Positions 17,220-26,960 of a stretch of DNA of 64,000 nt are shown here, piece by piece. Each line of letters begins with the position of its first letter. The first letter of the stretch is position 1. The position numbers were made by a program, and so were the translations under genes. The DNA lies in contig JBHGAY010000002.1 in assembly GCA_041946735.1 (NCBI GenBank), positions 32,001-96,000 on the forward strand. Reading direction: 5' to 3'. The notes under the pieces were generated by a model that was not told the origin of the DNA, did not search any database, and saw only the letters and a program-made list of their open reading frames with translations. This stretch comes from Candidatus Eiseniibacteriota bacterium. GTDB lineage: Bacteria > Eisenbacteria > RBG-16-71-46 > CAIMUX01 > VGJL01.

Positions 17220-20200
17220 TCAGCGGGCCGCCTCCGCGGCCTCCGCCATCCGCTCCTTCTCGTACTCGTAGGTCCGCCGGACCAGCGGGTCGGACTCGTC
17301 CTGCATCCGAAGATCCACGAACGCGACGGTCGGCTCGTCGCCGAGGCGCAACAGCCCGCGCACAGCGGCCGCCCGGTCGGCGGAGCGCTCCATTTCCCCC
17401 GCGGGGCGCTCGAGCCCATTCATCAGGATTTCGCGCACGCGCGCCCGAGCCCGCATCGCTTCCGCCGTCCCCGGCTTCGGCAGCTCGGCGGCGATCTCCG
17501 CGAGCGTCCGCAGCGCGACAGGACGGTCGGCGGCGCCGCTCTCGAACGCGCCCGCGACCGGTCCGACCGCCGCCGCCCCAAACCCCCGCAGCGCCGACGA
17601 CGACGCCGACCGCACCGTCAGCAGGGGATCGCCGAGCCGCGCCGCGAGCGCCGGAATCGACGTCGTATCGCGCAGCGCGGCGAGCGCCCCGATCGCCGCG
17701 AGCCTCCGCCGTTCGATCGGGTCGGCGAGGTAGGGCCGGATCGTCGGCGCTGCGGCCGGGTCGCCGATCCGCCCGAGCGCCTGGATGACGCGAGGGGCGT
17801 GCTCGCGCGCGCTCGCCTCGTTGCGCAGCAGGCGCGCGAGCGGCTCGCGCGCCTCGCGACGCTTCAGCTCGCCGAGGAGCGCGATCACATTGCGCTGCAC
17901 CGGGAGGCGCGGATCGTCCAGCCGCGGCAGGATGCGGGCGGCGAAGGAGTCGGGGAACGCCTGTCCCAGCTCCACGAGCGCGCGGTACTCGAGCCCCGAC
18001 TCGTCCCCCATCCGCTCGCTCGTCGCGTAGCGCACCGCCTCGATCCCTTTCGCGAGGAGCGCCTTTCGCGCCCGCCGGACCTTCTCCCGCGCGCTGCCGA
18101 CCTCCCAGAGCGAGGCGGTGTCGAACAGCTCTTTCACCGAGCGGAGCGAGTCCTCCCGGGTCAGGACCGGCTCGGGGATAGCTTCGGCCGGCAACACGAC
18201 GTCGCGGTCCAGATCGATCCCGACCGCGTAGAGGTCGGAGGACCAGGCGGCCGCGTCGGCTCCGGCCGCTCCGCGCGGGTAGGTGTCCTTCCCCTCGAGG
18301 TCGAGGAAGATCGCGGCGCCGGCGAAGCCGCGCGCCCAGTTGCCGGCTCCCTGGCCGAAGCCGGATGTCGCGTAGAGGTCGTCGCCGAGCCGGTCGAGGA
18401 AGAGGCCGACGGAGTTCGTGAGCGTGACCCCCTGGCCGCCGTCGACCAGGTAGTCGTCGTTGCCGCTGTCGTCGATCAGCATCCCGACGGAGAGATCGTG
18501 GCCGGTGCCTTGCGTGACGCCGAAGCGGGCGATGTAGGCGTCGTCCCCGCCGCGGTCGCGCAGCGAGCCGACGGCGAGGTGGATCCCGGCGCCTTGCGAG
18601 TATTGCGTGGCGATGTAGCGGTCGTTTCCGGCGCGGTCCTCGAGCAGCCCGATCGAATACCAGTAGGCGGCCCCTTGCGAGTAGACCTCGGCGTCATAGA
18701 AGTCGTTCCCCTCGTCGTCGATCAGGACTCCGATACCGCCGGCGGCGCGCGGCCGGAAGCCGATCGAGAAGCCTTGCGAGAGCGCCTGGAAGTCGTCGGG
18801 CAGGAGAGGACGGTGGAGCGCCCAGCCCCCCGCGCGGTAGGTGTCGCTCCCGGCACGGTCGTAGAGGAGCCCCGCGCCGAAGGTCGAGGCGAAGCCTTGC
18901 GACTGGCGGGCGGCACGGTAGGCGTCGTTCTCGTCATAGCGAACCGGGACGGCGCCGGTGCCGGGGACTCCGACGATCCCGCGCTCGTAGGCGAGGTCGG
19001 GCTCCGGCTTCGGCGCGGGCGGAGGCACGGCGGAGGCGTCGGAGACGAGCGCGCCGATCCCGAAGGCCCCGGCGCCCTGCGATAGATTGCGTCCCTCGAA
19101 GGAGTCGACGCCTCCGCCGTCATAGAGGATCCCGGTGCCGAAGAAGCCGGCGCCGCAGGAGCCGTCGGCGCCGCGATACTGGTCGTCGCCGGCGAGGTCG
19201 ATCAATGCGGCGACGCCGAAGATCGCGCTTCCGATCGCATAGGGACGGTCCGACGCGTCGTACACATCGTCACCGGAAGCGTCGACGACGAGGGAGAACG
19301 GGCGCGTCAAGCCGCCGAGGGCCGAGGCGACGCGCCCGCGGTAGACGTCGTCGCCGCCGACGTCGATCAGGAAGGCGATCCTCGCGAGGGCCTCGGGCTC
19401 GTAGATGTTCGTTCCCGGGCCTCCGACGACGAGAGGGCCCAGGGGGGTGTCGACGGATGTGATCACCCCGCCTTTCATGTGTCGGATCATGTGTCGGAAT
19501 GGCGAAGTAGCGTCGAAGCGTTGAAGACGAGGGTGATCTTCCTGTTCCTCCGCCGCCTGCTCCACGACACGAACGGCGACCGCCACGAACGCGTCGAGCG
19601 CCTCGCGGGACGCCTCGGCGAGAGCGCCGCGATCGACGCTCGTCGCGATCGTCAATAGCCGGTCGGCCGTGATCGTGATCGACGTGTCGGCCGCGGCACC
19701 GACCTCGAAGTGCAGCTTCCCCTTCCCGTTCCGATCGGGCGAGTCGGGATCCTCCCAGTCGGCCCAGATAACGGGCGCGAGGACGAGAACCTGCTCGCGC
19801 TCGGCCGGCGTCAGGCGCGCGAAGGCACGCTCCAGCTTCGCCGCTGCGGCGCCCAGCCGAGCCATCTCGGGTTCGAGCGCCGTGCTATCGATGACGACCG
19901 GCCAGGTCTTGATGGTCTCCGCAGCGGCCAGTCCCTCCCGCAGCCGCTGCCAGGACCCAGTCGCCTGCAGCGCCCCGGCCGCGCTCCCCCGTCCCGGCGC
20001 GGCCTCGATCAGCCCATGCAACTCGGTCGACAACGCGGCGGCGTCGCCGCTCGCTCCTCGCAGTCCCGCGAACACCTCGTCCTGCCATCCCGGCAGGCGC
20101 AACGGATCGCCGAGCAGCTGCTCCACGATCGCGAACCGGAAGGTGTCATCGGGGGCGTAGAGCTTGTCGAAGCCCAGCTCCACCGGCCGCACGTCGAGGA

Positions 20201-20327
20201 TCTCGAGCGCCCGGCCGAGCGTGGCTGACGAGAGCGAATCGAGGCCGTCGACCTGAAGCGGCGCGGCGCAGAGAACGAGCGGCGACAAGAGCAGGCAGAA
20301 CAGAACGACGATCGCACGAGACGGCAT
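17220..20327 (-). CDS. large secreted protein with D-x-x-G-D-D-x-Y repeats and C-terminal HEAT repeats
   Basis: Signal peptide, more than 10 DxxG(D/N)DxY-type repeats, HEAT-like ALGRIGD repeats. Confidence 0.75.
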   Translation of the reverse strand: MPSRAIVVLFCLLLSPLVLCAAPLQVDGLDSLSSATLGRALEILDVRPVELGFDKLYAPDDTFRFAIVEQLLGDPLRLPGWQDEVFAGLRGASGDAAALSTELHGLIEAAPGRGSAAGALQATGSWQRLREGLAAAETIKTWPVVIDSTALEPEMARLGAAAAKLERAFARLTPAEREQVLVLAPVIWADWEDPDSPDRNGKGKLHFEVGAAADTSITITADRLLTIATSVDRGALAEASREALDAFVAVAVRVVEQAAEEQEDHPRLQRFDATSPFRHMIRHMKGGVITSVDTPLGPLVVGGPGTNIYEPEALARIAFLIDVGGDDVYRGRVASALGGLTRPFSLVVDASGDDVYDASDRPYAIGSAIFGVAALIDLAGDDQYRGADGSCGAGFFGTGILYDGGGVDSFEGRNLSQGAGAFGIGALVSDASAVPPPAPKPEPDLAYERGIVGVPGTGAVPVRYDENDAYRAARQSQGFASTFGAGLLYDRAGSDTYRAGGWALHRPLLPDDFQALSQGFSIGFRPRAAGGIGVLIDDEGNDFYDAEVYSQGAAYWYSIGLLEDRAGNDRYIATQYSQGAGIHLAVGSLRDRGGDDAYIARFGVTQGTGHDLSVGMLIDDSGNDDYLVDGGQGVTLTNSVGLFLDRLGDDLYATSGFGQGAGNWARGFAGAAIFLDLEGKDTYPRGAAGADAAAWSSDLYAVGIDLDRDVVLPAEAIPEPVLTREDSLRSVKELFDTASLWEVGSAREKVRRARKALLAKGIEAVRYATSERMGDESGLEYRALVELGQAFPDSFAARILPRLDDPRLPVQRNVIALLGELKRREAREPLARLLRNEASAREHAPRVIQALGRIGDPAAAPTIRPYLADPIERRRLAAIGALAALRDTTSIPALAARLGDPLLTVRSASSSALRGFGAAAVGPVAGAFESGAADRPVALRTLAEIAAELPKPGTAEAMRARARVREILMNGLERPAGEMERSADRAAAVRGLLRLGDEPTVAFVDLRMQDESDPLVRRTYEYEKERMAEAAEAAR

Positions 20328-20504
20328 GGCGACTCCTTGCAGGCAAGGCGGCCAAGGGCGGGCGCTCCGATCGGACCGGACCATTCCCGCCCATCGACGT
20401 CGCCTTCGACGCCGACCGGAGCGATCGTAGGTCCGGGTGCGGGATGCGGCAAGAAGCGCCCGCGGGGCAGTGGTCCGCCGCCGCGCAACCGGCTACGATG
20501 CCGT

Positions 20505-22013
20505 ATGCCTTCCGGCGAAGCGACAGAGCCCGATTCCGCATCGCGGTCGCAGTCGCGGCTGCAACCGCAACCGCAGCCGCAGTCCCACGCGCAGCCGCAA
20601 CCGCAGCCGCAGCCCCACGCGCAACCGCAGCCGCCCGCGCAGCCGCACGTCGAGCTTCCCCTGCGCACGGTGGTCCACACCTGGTGGCCGCTTGCCGCGA
20701 GCTGGCTCTTGATGGGTCTCGAGCTGCCGCTCGTCTCGGCGATCCTCGCGCGCCTGCCGGACCCGAAGATCAGCCTCGCGGCCTATGGCGGTGTCGTGTT
20801 CCCGCTCTCGATGATCGTCGAGGCGCCGATCATCATGCTCCTCTCCGCCTCGACCGCCCTGAGCAAGGACGAAGCGTCCTACCGGCTGATCCATCGCTTC
20901 ATGATGCGGATGGGCGCGGCGCTGACCGTCCTGCATCTCGCGATCGTCGCGACCCCTCTCTTCGACGTGATCATCGTGGGACTGCTCCACGCCCCCGAGG
21001 AGATCCGCCATCCTGCCCGCATCGGCCTCTGGATCATGCTGCCGTGGACCTGGTCGATCGCCTACCGCCGGATGCAGCAGGGGGTGCTGATCCGCTTCGG
21101 TCGCTCGCGCTACGTCGGCGCCGGGACGATCGTGCGCCTCGGCTCGAACGCGCTGGTCCTCGCCGCCGGCTACGCGATCCACACGCTCCCCGGGATCGTG
21201 GTCGGCGCAAGCGCCGTCGCGACCGGCGTCGTCGCCGAGGCGGTCTTCTCGGGGATCGCGGTGCGTCCGGTGCTGCGACATCGGCTCCCCGCCGAGCCGC
21301 CGCAGGCCGTCCCGCTGACGTTCGGGACGTTCCTGCACTTCTACGTGCCACTCGCGATGACGCCGCTGATCGTCATGTTGAACGGGCCGATCGGCAGCGC
21401 CGCGATCGGACGAATGCCGCGCACGCTCGACTCGCTCGCCGTATGGCCGGTGATCAACGGGCTTGGCTTCCTCTTCCGGAGCGTCGGGGTCGCATTCAAC
21501 GAGGTCGTCGTCGCGCTGCTCGATTTTCCGGGGGCCGCCCGCGCGCTGCGTCGCTTCGCCTTCTTGCTCGCGACGGCGACCTCCCTGCTGCTTCTCCTGA
21601 TCCTCGCGACGCCCGCCGCCGCCTTCTACTTCCGCACCGTCACCTCGCTCTCCGAAACGCTCAGCGATCTCGCGCGCTCCTCCGCGTGGCTGATCCTGAT
21701 CGGCCCCGCGCTCGGCGTGCTGCAGAGCTGGCACCAGGGGACGCTCGTCCATGCGCGCCTCACGCGCGCCGTCACCGAGTCGGTCGTCGTCTTCCTGCTG
21801 ACGAGCGCAACGGTCCTCGCGATCGGGATCGCCCACGGGCGCCTGCCCGGGATCTACGTCGCCCTCGCCGGGACGATGAGCGGCAACGCCGCGCAGGTGG
21901 CGTGGCTCGCCTGGCGGAGCCGGCCGATTCGCCACGCCTTGGGCCACGGCGCGGAGACGGCGAGCCGCCCCCGCGCCGCGCAGGCAGGGACCGGTGGGGT
22001 TGGCGGCAACTGA
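20505..22013 (+). CDS. ANKH/MATE-like multi-pass membrane transporter
   Basis: About 12 TM segments in two halves (WPLAAS / VPLAMT); N-terminal QP repeat. Confidence 0.7.
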   Translation: MPSGEATEPDSASRSQSRLQPQPQPQSHAQPQPQPQPHAQPQPPAQPHVELPLRTVVHTWWPLAASWLLMGLELPLVSAILARLPDPKISLAAYGGVVFPLSMIVEAPIIMLLSASTALSKDEASYRLIHRFMMRMGAALTVLHLAIVATPLFDVIIVGLLHAPEEIRHPARIGLWIMLPWTWSIAYRRMQQGVLIRFGRSRYVGAGTIVRLGSNALVLAAGYAIHTLPGIVVGASAVATGVVAEAVFSGIAVRPVLRHRLPAEPPQAVPLTFGTFLHFYVPLAMTPLIVMLNGPIGSAAIGRMPRTLDSLAVWPVINGLGFLFRSVGVAFNEVVVALLDFPGAARALRRFAFLLATATSLLLLLILATPAAAFYFRTVTSLSETLSDLARSSAWLILIGPALGVLQSWHQGTLVHARLTRAVTESVVVFLLTSATVLAIGIAHGRLPGIYVALAGTMSGNAAQVAWLAWRSRPIRHALGHGAETASRPRAAQAGTGGVGGN

Positions 22014-22043
22014 TCGTTGCGACCCTCCGGTCCCCCCACCTCC

Positions 22044-23969
22044 TCAGTGAAGAAGCAGGATGCGCGCGCTCGGCCCTGACCCGGTCGCGGGTCGGACGAG
22101 ATAGACGCCCGCGACGACCAGCCGGCCCCGATCGTCCCGGCCATCCCAGATCGCCTCGATCGACGCGCCTGCGGCCTCGCTTCGCGCCGCGCCGGCGAGC
22201 CGCCGCACCTGCCGTCCCGTCGCATCGAAGACGGCGAGCGCGGTCGACGCCCCACTCGGATTGCCGGGGAGGGAGGCATCGATCCGCGTCTCGCCGATCA
22301 TCGGATTCGGAAACGCCCGGATCGAGGCGGGGCCGCCGAGCGAGCCGTGGGCAGGCTCCTCGACGCCGGCGCCGGGGCGGGCTTCGTCGATGCGATGGCG
22401 CTGCCCGGTCGGTTGTCCGGGAAGGTCCTGCACGATGCCGGTGCCGCCCGATCCCGGCCACACGATCCGCACGTCGACCGTCGCCGCGCCGCCCGGGATG
22501 CCGAAGTGCGCATCGATGGCGTCCTGGGCGCTGAAACCCCCGTGCGCCTCGATCTCCCGCATTCCGATCCGGAACGCGGGATCGCCGATGTGGCCCGCCC
22601 GATAGACGGTCACGCGCGCGCCGATGCCGTCGCGGTTGGAGTAGCCGGATCCCTGGTCATGGCGGTGTCCGACGAGGTGGAACGAGATCCAGCCCTCGCT
22701 CGCAGGATCGAGGTCGTTGAGGTAGAGGTAGTTCGTGCCCGGGCTGTGCTCGTTGCCGGCCGCGAGGTCCAAGTCCCCGTCGCCGTCGGCGTCCGCCCAG
22801 ACGACGGCATCGGTGCTGCCCATCCCGAAGGCCGGGACTTCGGTGAAGTGGCCGGTTCCATCGTTGACGTAGAGATAGTTCTGATCGGCGGAGGTGAAGT
22901 CCCCGTTGCCGACGGCGACGTCGAGGTCGCCGTCGCCGTCTGCATCACCCCAGGACAGCGTGTTGGTGTCGCGCGCTCCGAACTCGGGGCGGCCGGTGAA
23001 TGTGCCATCCCCGTTGTTCACGTAGAGGGAGCTCGGGCCGAGATTCCAGTTGCCGACGGCGAGGTCGAGATCGCCGTCGTTGTCGGCATCGCCCCAGTCC
23101 ATCGATGCGGTGTCGAGGGCGCCGAACTCCGGGCGGCCGGTGAACGTGCCGTCCCCATTGTTCACGTAGAGGAAGTTCTGCTCGACGTATCCGAAGCCGC
23201 CGTTGCCCACGGCCACGTCGGGATCGCCATCGCCGTCGAAGTCGCCCCACACGAGCGTGCAGGTCTGGCCCGCTCCGAACTCCGGCCGCTCCGTGAAGGT
23301 GCCGTCGCCATTGTCGACGTAGAGGTAGTTCTGCTCGGCCACTCCGAGGATGCCGTTGGCGACGGCGAGGTCGAGATCTCCGTCCAGGTCGAAGTCCGCC
23401 CAGGCGGTCGAGATCGTGCGCCTCGTTCCGAATTCGTTGCGCTGCGTCCAGGTGCCGTCGCCGTTGTTCACGTAGAGATAGTTCTGCTGGTTGTTCCCGC
23501 GCCCGACAGCGATGTCCTCGTCGCCGTCGGCGTCGAAGTCCGCCCACGCGACGGCGAAGGTGGCTCCGCTGCCGAAAGGCGACGACTCCGTGTAGGTCCC
23601 GTCGGGATTGCGCAGGTACAGATGGTTCGTCTGCTGGTACCGGCCGACCGCCATGTCGAGGTCGCCGTCACCGTCGGCATCCGCCCAGGCGAGGGCGATC
23701 GTCGCACCGCCGCCGAAGGCGAGAGACTCGACGAAGGAGGCCCGCGCGGCCGGCGCGGCGAGCGCGAGGGCGAGTACGAGGGCGAGTACGAAGGCGAGCG
23801 CGAGGGCGCACCCCGAAAGGAGCGTGAGCCTCGACAGGAATTCGCGGCGGAGATTGCGATGGAGATGGAAACGGAGATCGAGCGGGCGGCCGAGCGAGGG
23901 AAGAAGCCGGCGGTCGAGCGACGGGCCGAGCTGCCGGCCGCCTTCGTGAAGCGAGAGGGAACGGATCAT
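22044..23969 (-). CDS. FG-GAP/VCBS (CRTAC1/ASPIC-UnbV-like) secreted protein with FlgD/T9SS-like CTD
   Basis: Repeated WxDxDGDGDLDLAV, NRDGIGARV, HFG, then FPNP...WDGRD...AGVY; start uncertain. Confidence 0.85.
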   Translation of the reverse strand: MIRSLSLHEGGRQLGPSLDRRLLPSLGRPLDLRFHLHRNLRREFLSRLTLLSGCALALAFVLALVLALALAAPAARASFVESLAFGGGATIALAWADADGDGDLDMAVGRYQQTNHLYLRNPDGTYTESSPFGSGATFAVAWADFDADGDEDIAVGRGNNQQNYLYVNNGDGTWTQRNEFGTRRTISTAWADFDLDGDLDLAVANGILGVAEQNYLYVDNGDGTFTERPEFGAGQTCTLVWGDFDGDGDPDVAVGNGGFGYVEQNFLYVNNGDGTFTGRPEFGALDTASMDWGDADNDGDLDLAVGNWNLGPSSLYVNNGDGTFTGRPEFGARDTNTLSWGDADGDGDLDVAVGNGDFTSADQNYLYVNDGTGHFTEVPAFGMGSTDAVVWADADGDGDLDLAAGNEHSPGTNYLYLNDLDPASEGWISFHLVGHRHDQGSGYSNRDGIGARVTVYRAGHIGDPAFRIGMREIEAHGGFSAQDAIDAHFGIPGGAATVDVRIVWPGSGGTGIVQDLPGQPTGQRHRIDEARPGAGVEEPAHGSLGGPASIRAFPNPMIGETRIDASLPGNPSGASTALAVFDATGRQVRRLAGAARSEAAGASIEAIWDGRDDRGRLVVAGVYLVRPATGSGPSARILLLH

Positions 23970-24278
23970 GAGCCTGCCTCCATCGGGTTCGCGGGGGACG
24001 GACGGAGCCGTCCCGGTCCTTCTGTTTCTGGATGTCCAGAATGCGTTTCTAAAAATATCAAGAGGCACGAGGCGATGCAAGCGTGTTCTTGCAAAATGCT
24101 GTTTTAAATCGGCTTGACTCGCAACAACTTTGGGGCGGTAAGATCCTTTCTAGAAATGAAACGTCGGAGATCTCGACGCCGGTTCCCGGCGCTGCTAGGT
24201 TGCAGCGGGACGGGCCACGGCGGCGCTCGTGAGGAGCCGCCCCGCAGAACAGATCCCGGCGCCGAGGGAGGAGCACCG

Positions 24279-25964
24279 ATGGCAGGCGCGAAGAAACGAA
24301 GGAGCGACGTGAAGCGGCAACCGCAGCCGCCCGCGAGGCTGCCCGCGGAGTACCGCGAGGTTTGGCTCGCCCTCCACGACGCCCAGCGGTCCTCTCCATC
24401 GCGGCAAGCTCTTGCCCGACGGCTCGGGATTTCTACCGCCACGCTGCAGCGCTTGCTCGTGCGCGGCGATGTCCCTCCCTTCCCTTCGACGCGAAGCGTG
24501 CGCGTTCGCCGCGCTTGGGCGCGCACGCTCGGACGGCTCGCGATGCGCCTCGGGCACGATCCGGCCGCCTGGATCGAGAAGGTCGGCATCCCGGCGGGCG
24601 ACGCGCAGCCCGCCCTGGCCCGCCTCTCGTCGCGAAGAGCAGCGGCCCACGCGGCCCAGGCAGAGACAACCGCTGCGCAGGCGCGCCCGGTTCCGCTCCC
24701 GCCCGGCGCAACCATCGCAGCCGCCATCCTTCGCCGAGGTATCTCCGCCTCGGTGCCGGGCGCGGCGGCGATCGACGAGTTCCTCGAAGCCTTCCTCCGC
24801 CGGCTGCTCGGCGCCGCCGACCCGTCGTCGACCGTCGAGATCCATCGAGTCACCGAAAGCGAGGCGCGCGAGAACCTTCTTGGCTCTGCCTCCGCGGCGG
24901 CGATTCTCTGCGGCGTCGTTCCGCGCGCCGAGATCGCCCGCGCCGGAGGCTGGATGCTGCGAATCCCCGGGATCCGGCTCACGAGCGGCGCTCTCCGTCT
25001 CGCCGATCGTTCCAAGCCGGCGGCGGCGGTCGCTCCTGCCTCGCTTCGGGAGGCGCTCGCCTCGCGCGCGAGCGAGTCTCCGCTCTTCCTCGTCGCCGGC
25101 TCCGGACCCGCGCGCGCGTTCCTCGCCGGAGCGGCGGGCATTCCCGAGGAGCGGATCCTCGTGAGGCAAGCGGCCGAAGATCCGGCAGGACTGGCGGACG
25201 CCTTGCTCCGCGAGAGCGAGAGGCGCCCCGAACGGGCCGTGGTGCTCTTCGGCGAGAGGATCGCGGTTTCGGCGACTCGCGAGGCGCTGCTCCGCCAGCC
25301 CGGCCTTCCGGACTCGATCGAGATCGTCGATCTCGCAAAGAGGATCGACGAAGCGCCGCATTTCCCGCTCGCCATCGCCGTGCGTTGGGAGGACGCCGCG
25401 CTCGCGCGGCTCTTGCGCCAGGCCCGCGATCTCGATCTCTTCGGCGCCGGCGCCTACGAGACCGGGCGGCTCTACGGGCGCTTGATCGGCCGCGCGGCCG
25501 TAGTCGCCGATCCTCCGCTTCGCCTGCTGCGCTTCGATCGAGCGGGAGCGAGATTCCGTGACGGATTCCGCGCGGGACTCGCCGCATCGCTCGACCACAG
25601 CGGCCGCCTCGACGTCGCGCTCTCCTCGCGGCTCGCCCCTTCCGCGTGGATTGCGGGCGCCGTCGCCGTCCCGACGGCATCCTCGACGTCCGAAGGACAG
25701 AGCGCCGGCGAGCAAGGGGGAATCCGCAGGCTCGCCCACTGCCAGTCGTGCGCCGCCTCTCTCCGGGAGGAGCACAACCAGGGACCGTCCGATCGGTACT
25801 GCCGCTGGTGTTCCGACGAAGCGGGCAGGCTGCGCCCGCGCGCGGAGGTGACTCGAATTCTCGCGGGGTGGCTGCAGCATTGGCAGGAAGGACTCAGCGC
25901 GGATCAGGCTTTGCGCCGCGCGGAGTCCTACATGAAGCTCATGCCGGCGTGGAGCGAGAACTGA
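24279..25964 (+). CDS. putative regulator with N-terminal HTH and C-terminal zinc ribbon
   Basis: SRQALARRLGISTATLQRL; CQSC...YCRWC...MPAW. Confidence 0.6.
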   Translation: MAGAKKRRSDVKRQPQPPARLPAEYREVWLALHDAQRSSPSRQALARRLGISTATLQRLLVRGDVPPFPSTRSVRVRRAWARTLGRLAMRLGHDPAAWIEKVGIPAGDAQPALARLSSRRAAAHAAQAETTAAQARPVPLPPGATIAAAILRRGISASVPGAAAIDEFLEAFLRRLLGAADPSSTVEIHRVTESEARENLLGSASAAAILCGVVPRAEIARAGGWMLRIPGIRLTSGALRLADRSKPAAAVAPASLREALASRASESPLFLVAGSGPARAFLAGAAGIPEERILVRQAAEDPAGLADALLRESERRPERAVVLFGERIAVSATREALLRQPGLPDSIEIVDLAKRIDEAPHFPLAIAVRWEDAALARLLRQARDLDLFGAGAYETGRLYGRLIGRAAVVADPPLRLLRFDRAGARFRDGFRAGLAASLDHSGRLDVALSSRLAPSAWIAGAVAVPTASSTSEGQSAGEQGGIRRLAHCQSCAASLREEHNQGPSDRYCRWCSDEAGRLRPRAEVTRILAGWLQHWQEGLSADQALRRAESYMKLMPAWSEN

Positions 25965-25970
25965 GGGCCG

Positions 25971-26009
25971 TCTCGTCCCGGGCGGGCTCGGCGCCCGCTC
26001 GGGACGAGA
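25971..26009. terminator. hairpin between convergent genes
   Basis: TCTCGTCCCGGGCGGGC / GCCCGCTCGGGACGAGA, 17-bp stem with one G.U. Confidence 0.7.
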
Positions 26010-26067
26010 ATGGCTTCTCGGTCGGCTCCAGGGGGAGCGGTTGCACGCGCCCGCCCGGCGCGATAGA

Positions 26068-26691
26068 TCAGCGGTACAGGGCCCGCATCCGTCCCCAGGT
26101 CGTCGCTTCGATCGCAACCGGCATCTCCCCGTTCGCCGTGCCCGGCGTGGGCGCCAGCCCGTTGCCGAGCGGCGGGGTGGTCCCGGTGTACGGATTCAAA
26201 GCGTCGAACATTTCCCAGGTCAGCGCGCCGTCAGGCCGTCGCCCGCTCGACCGATCGTCCTCGGCCTCGTAGTTGTTGTAGGCATAGGAATCGACGAGGA
26301 GCGTGTCGGCGCCGATCGCCTGTCGAAGCTGCACCGTGTCGCCTTCGTTTCCGAGACGCAGCCCGTAGATGTCGAGGCCGTGACTCTGCTGGTAGGCGAC
26401 CGCAGTGCTTCCGTAGACGATCCGATGCGCGCCGGCGGCCATCGACCCCTCGAAGCCGAAGACGATCGACCCGTCCGCATCTCCCAGGAAGTAGCCGGCC
26501 AAGTCGAGGTCGCCCGGTCCCGGATTCCAGATCTCGACCCACTCGTCGTCTCGACTGGACAGCGCGCCACTGCCGTCCCAGTCGATGGCGGGGTCGGCGA
26601 GGATCTCGTTCAGGACCGGGCCGCAGCTTCCCGAAGCGGCGGAAGAGGCGAGGGCGATGCAGACGATCGCCCCCATCCAGAGAACACGCAT
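26068..26691 (-). CDS. lamin tail domain secreted protein with C-terminal TWG motif
   Basis: Signal peptide, LNEILADP, DEWVEIWN, L.NEGDTV.L; ends EATTWGRMRALYR. Confidence 0.85.
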   Translation of the reverse strand: MRVLWMGAIVCIALASSAASGSCGPVLNEILADPAIDWDGSGALSSRDDEWVEIWNPGPGDLDLAGYFLGDADGSIVFGFEGSMAAGAHRIVYGSTAVAYQQSHGLDIYGLRLGNEGDTVQLRQAIGADTLLVDSYAYNNYEAEDDRSSGRRPDGALTWEMFDALNPYTGTTPPLGNGLAPTPGTANGEMPVAIEATTWGRMRALYR

Positions 26692-26842
26692 GCTTCCTCC
26701 TCGGCGCCGCGACGGTTCGCGGCGCCTGCGTGCCGAGCGCCTCCATGGCGCGGGCGAGGAAGCGGAGGAAGCAAGAGGCGAGCCGCCGGAGGACGAGGGA
26801 GGCCAGGAGGGCTGGGCGGCGCGCGGCGGCGAAGCAGCGCGG

Positions 26843-26938
26843 AAGGACTGAGAGTCCTGTAACGGATCGAGAGTCCTATGCGGATCGAGAGTCCTAACGG
26901 ACCGAGAGTGCTGCAAAGGATCGGGAGCGCGTAGCGGA
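26843..26938. repeat. degenerate intergenic tandem repeat (GGAYCGAGAGTCCT, 16-20 nt period)
   Basis: ggactgagagtcct, ggatcgagagtcct x2, ggaccgagagtgct, ggatcgggagcg. Confidence 0.75.
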
Positions 26939-26960
26939 AGCGAACGCGAACCGAGCGTCT

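Noticed and set aside
26843..26938. Repeat array considered as a CRISPR
   Set aside because: Units are ~14 nt with only 2-6 nt between them; there are no unique spacers and no cas genes.
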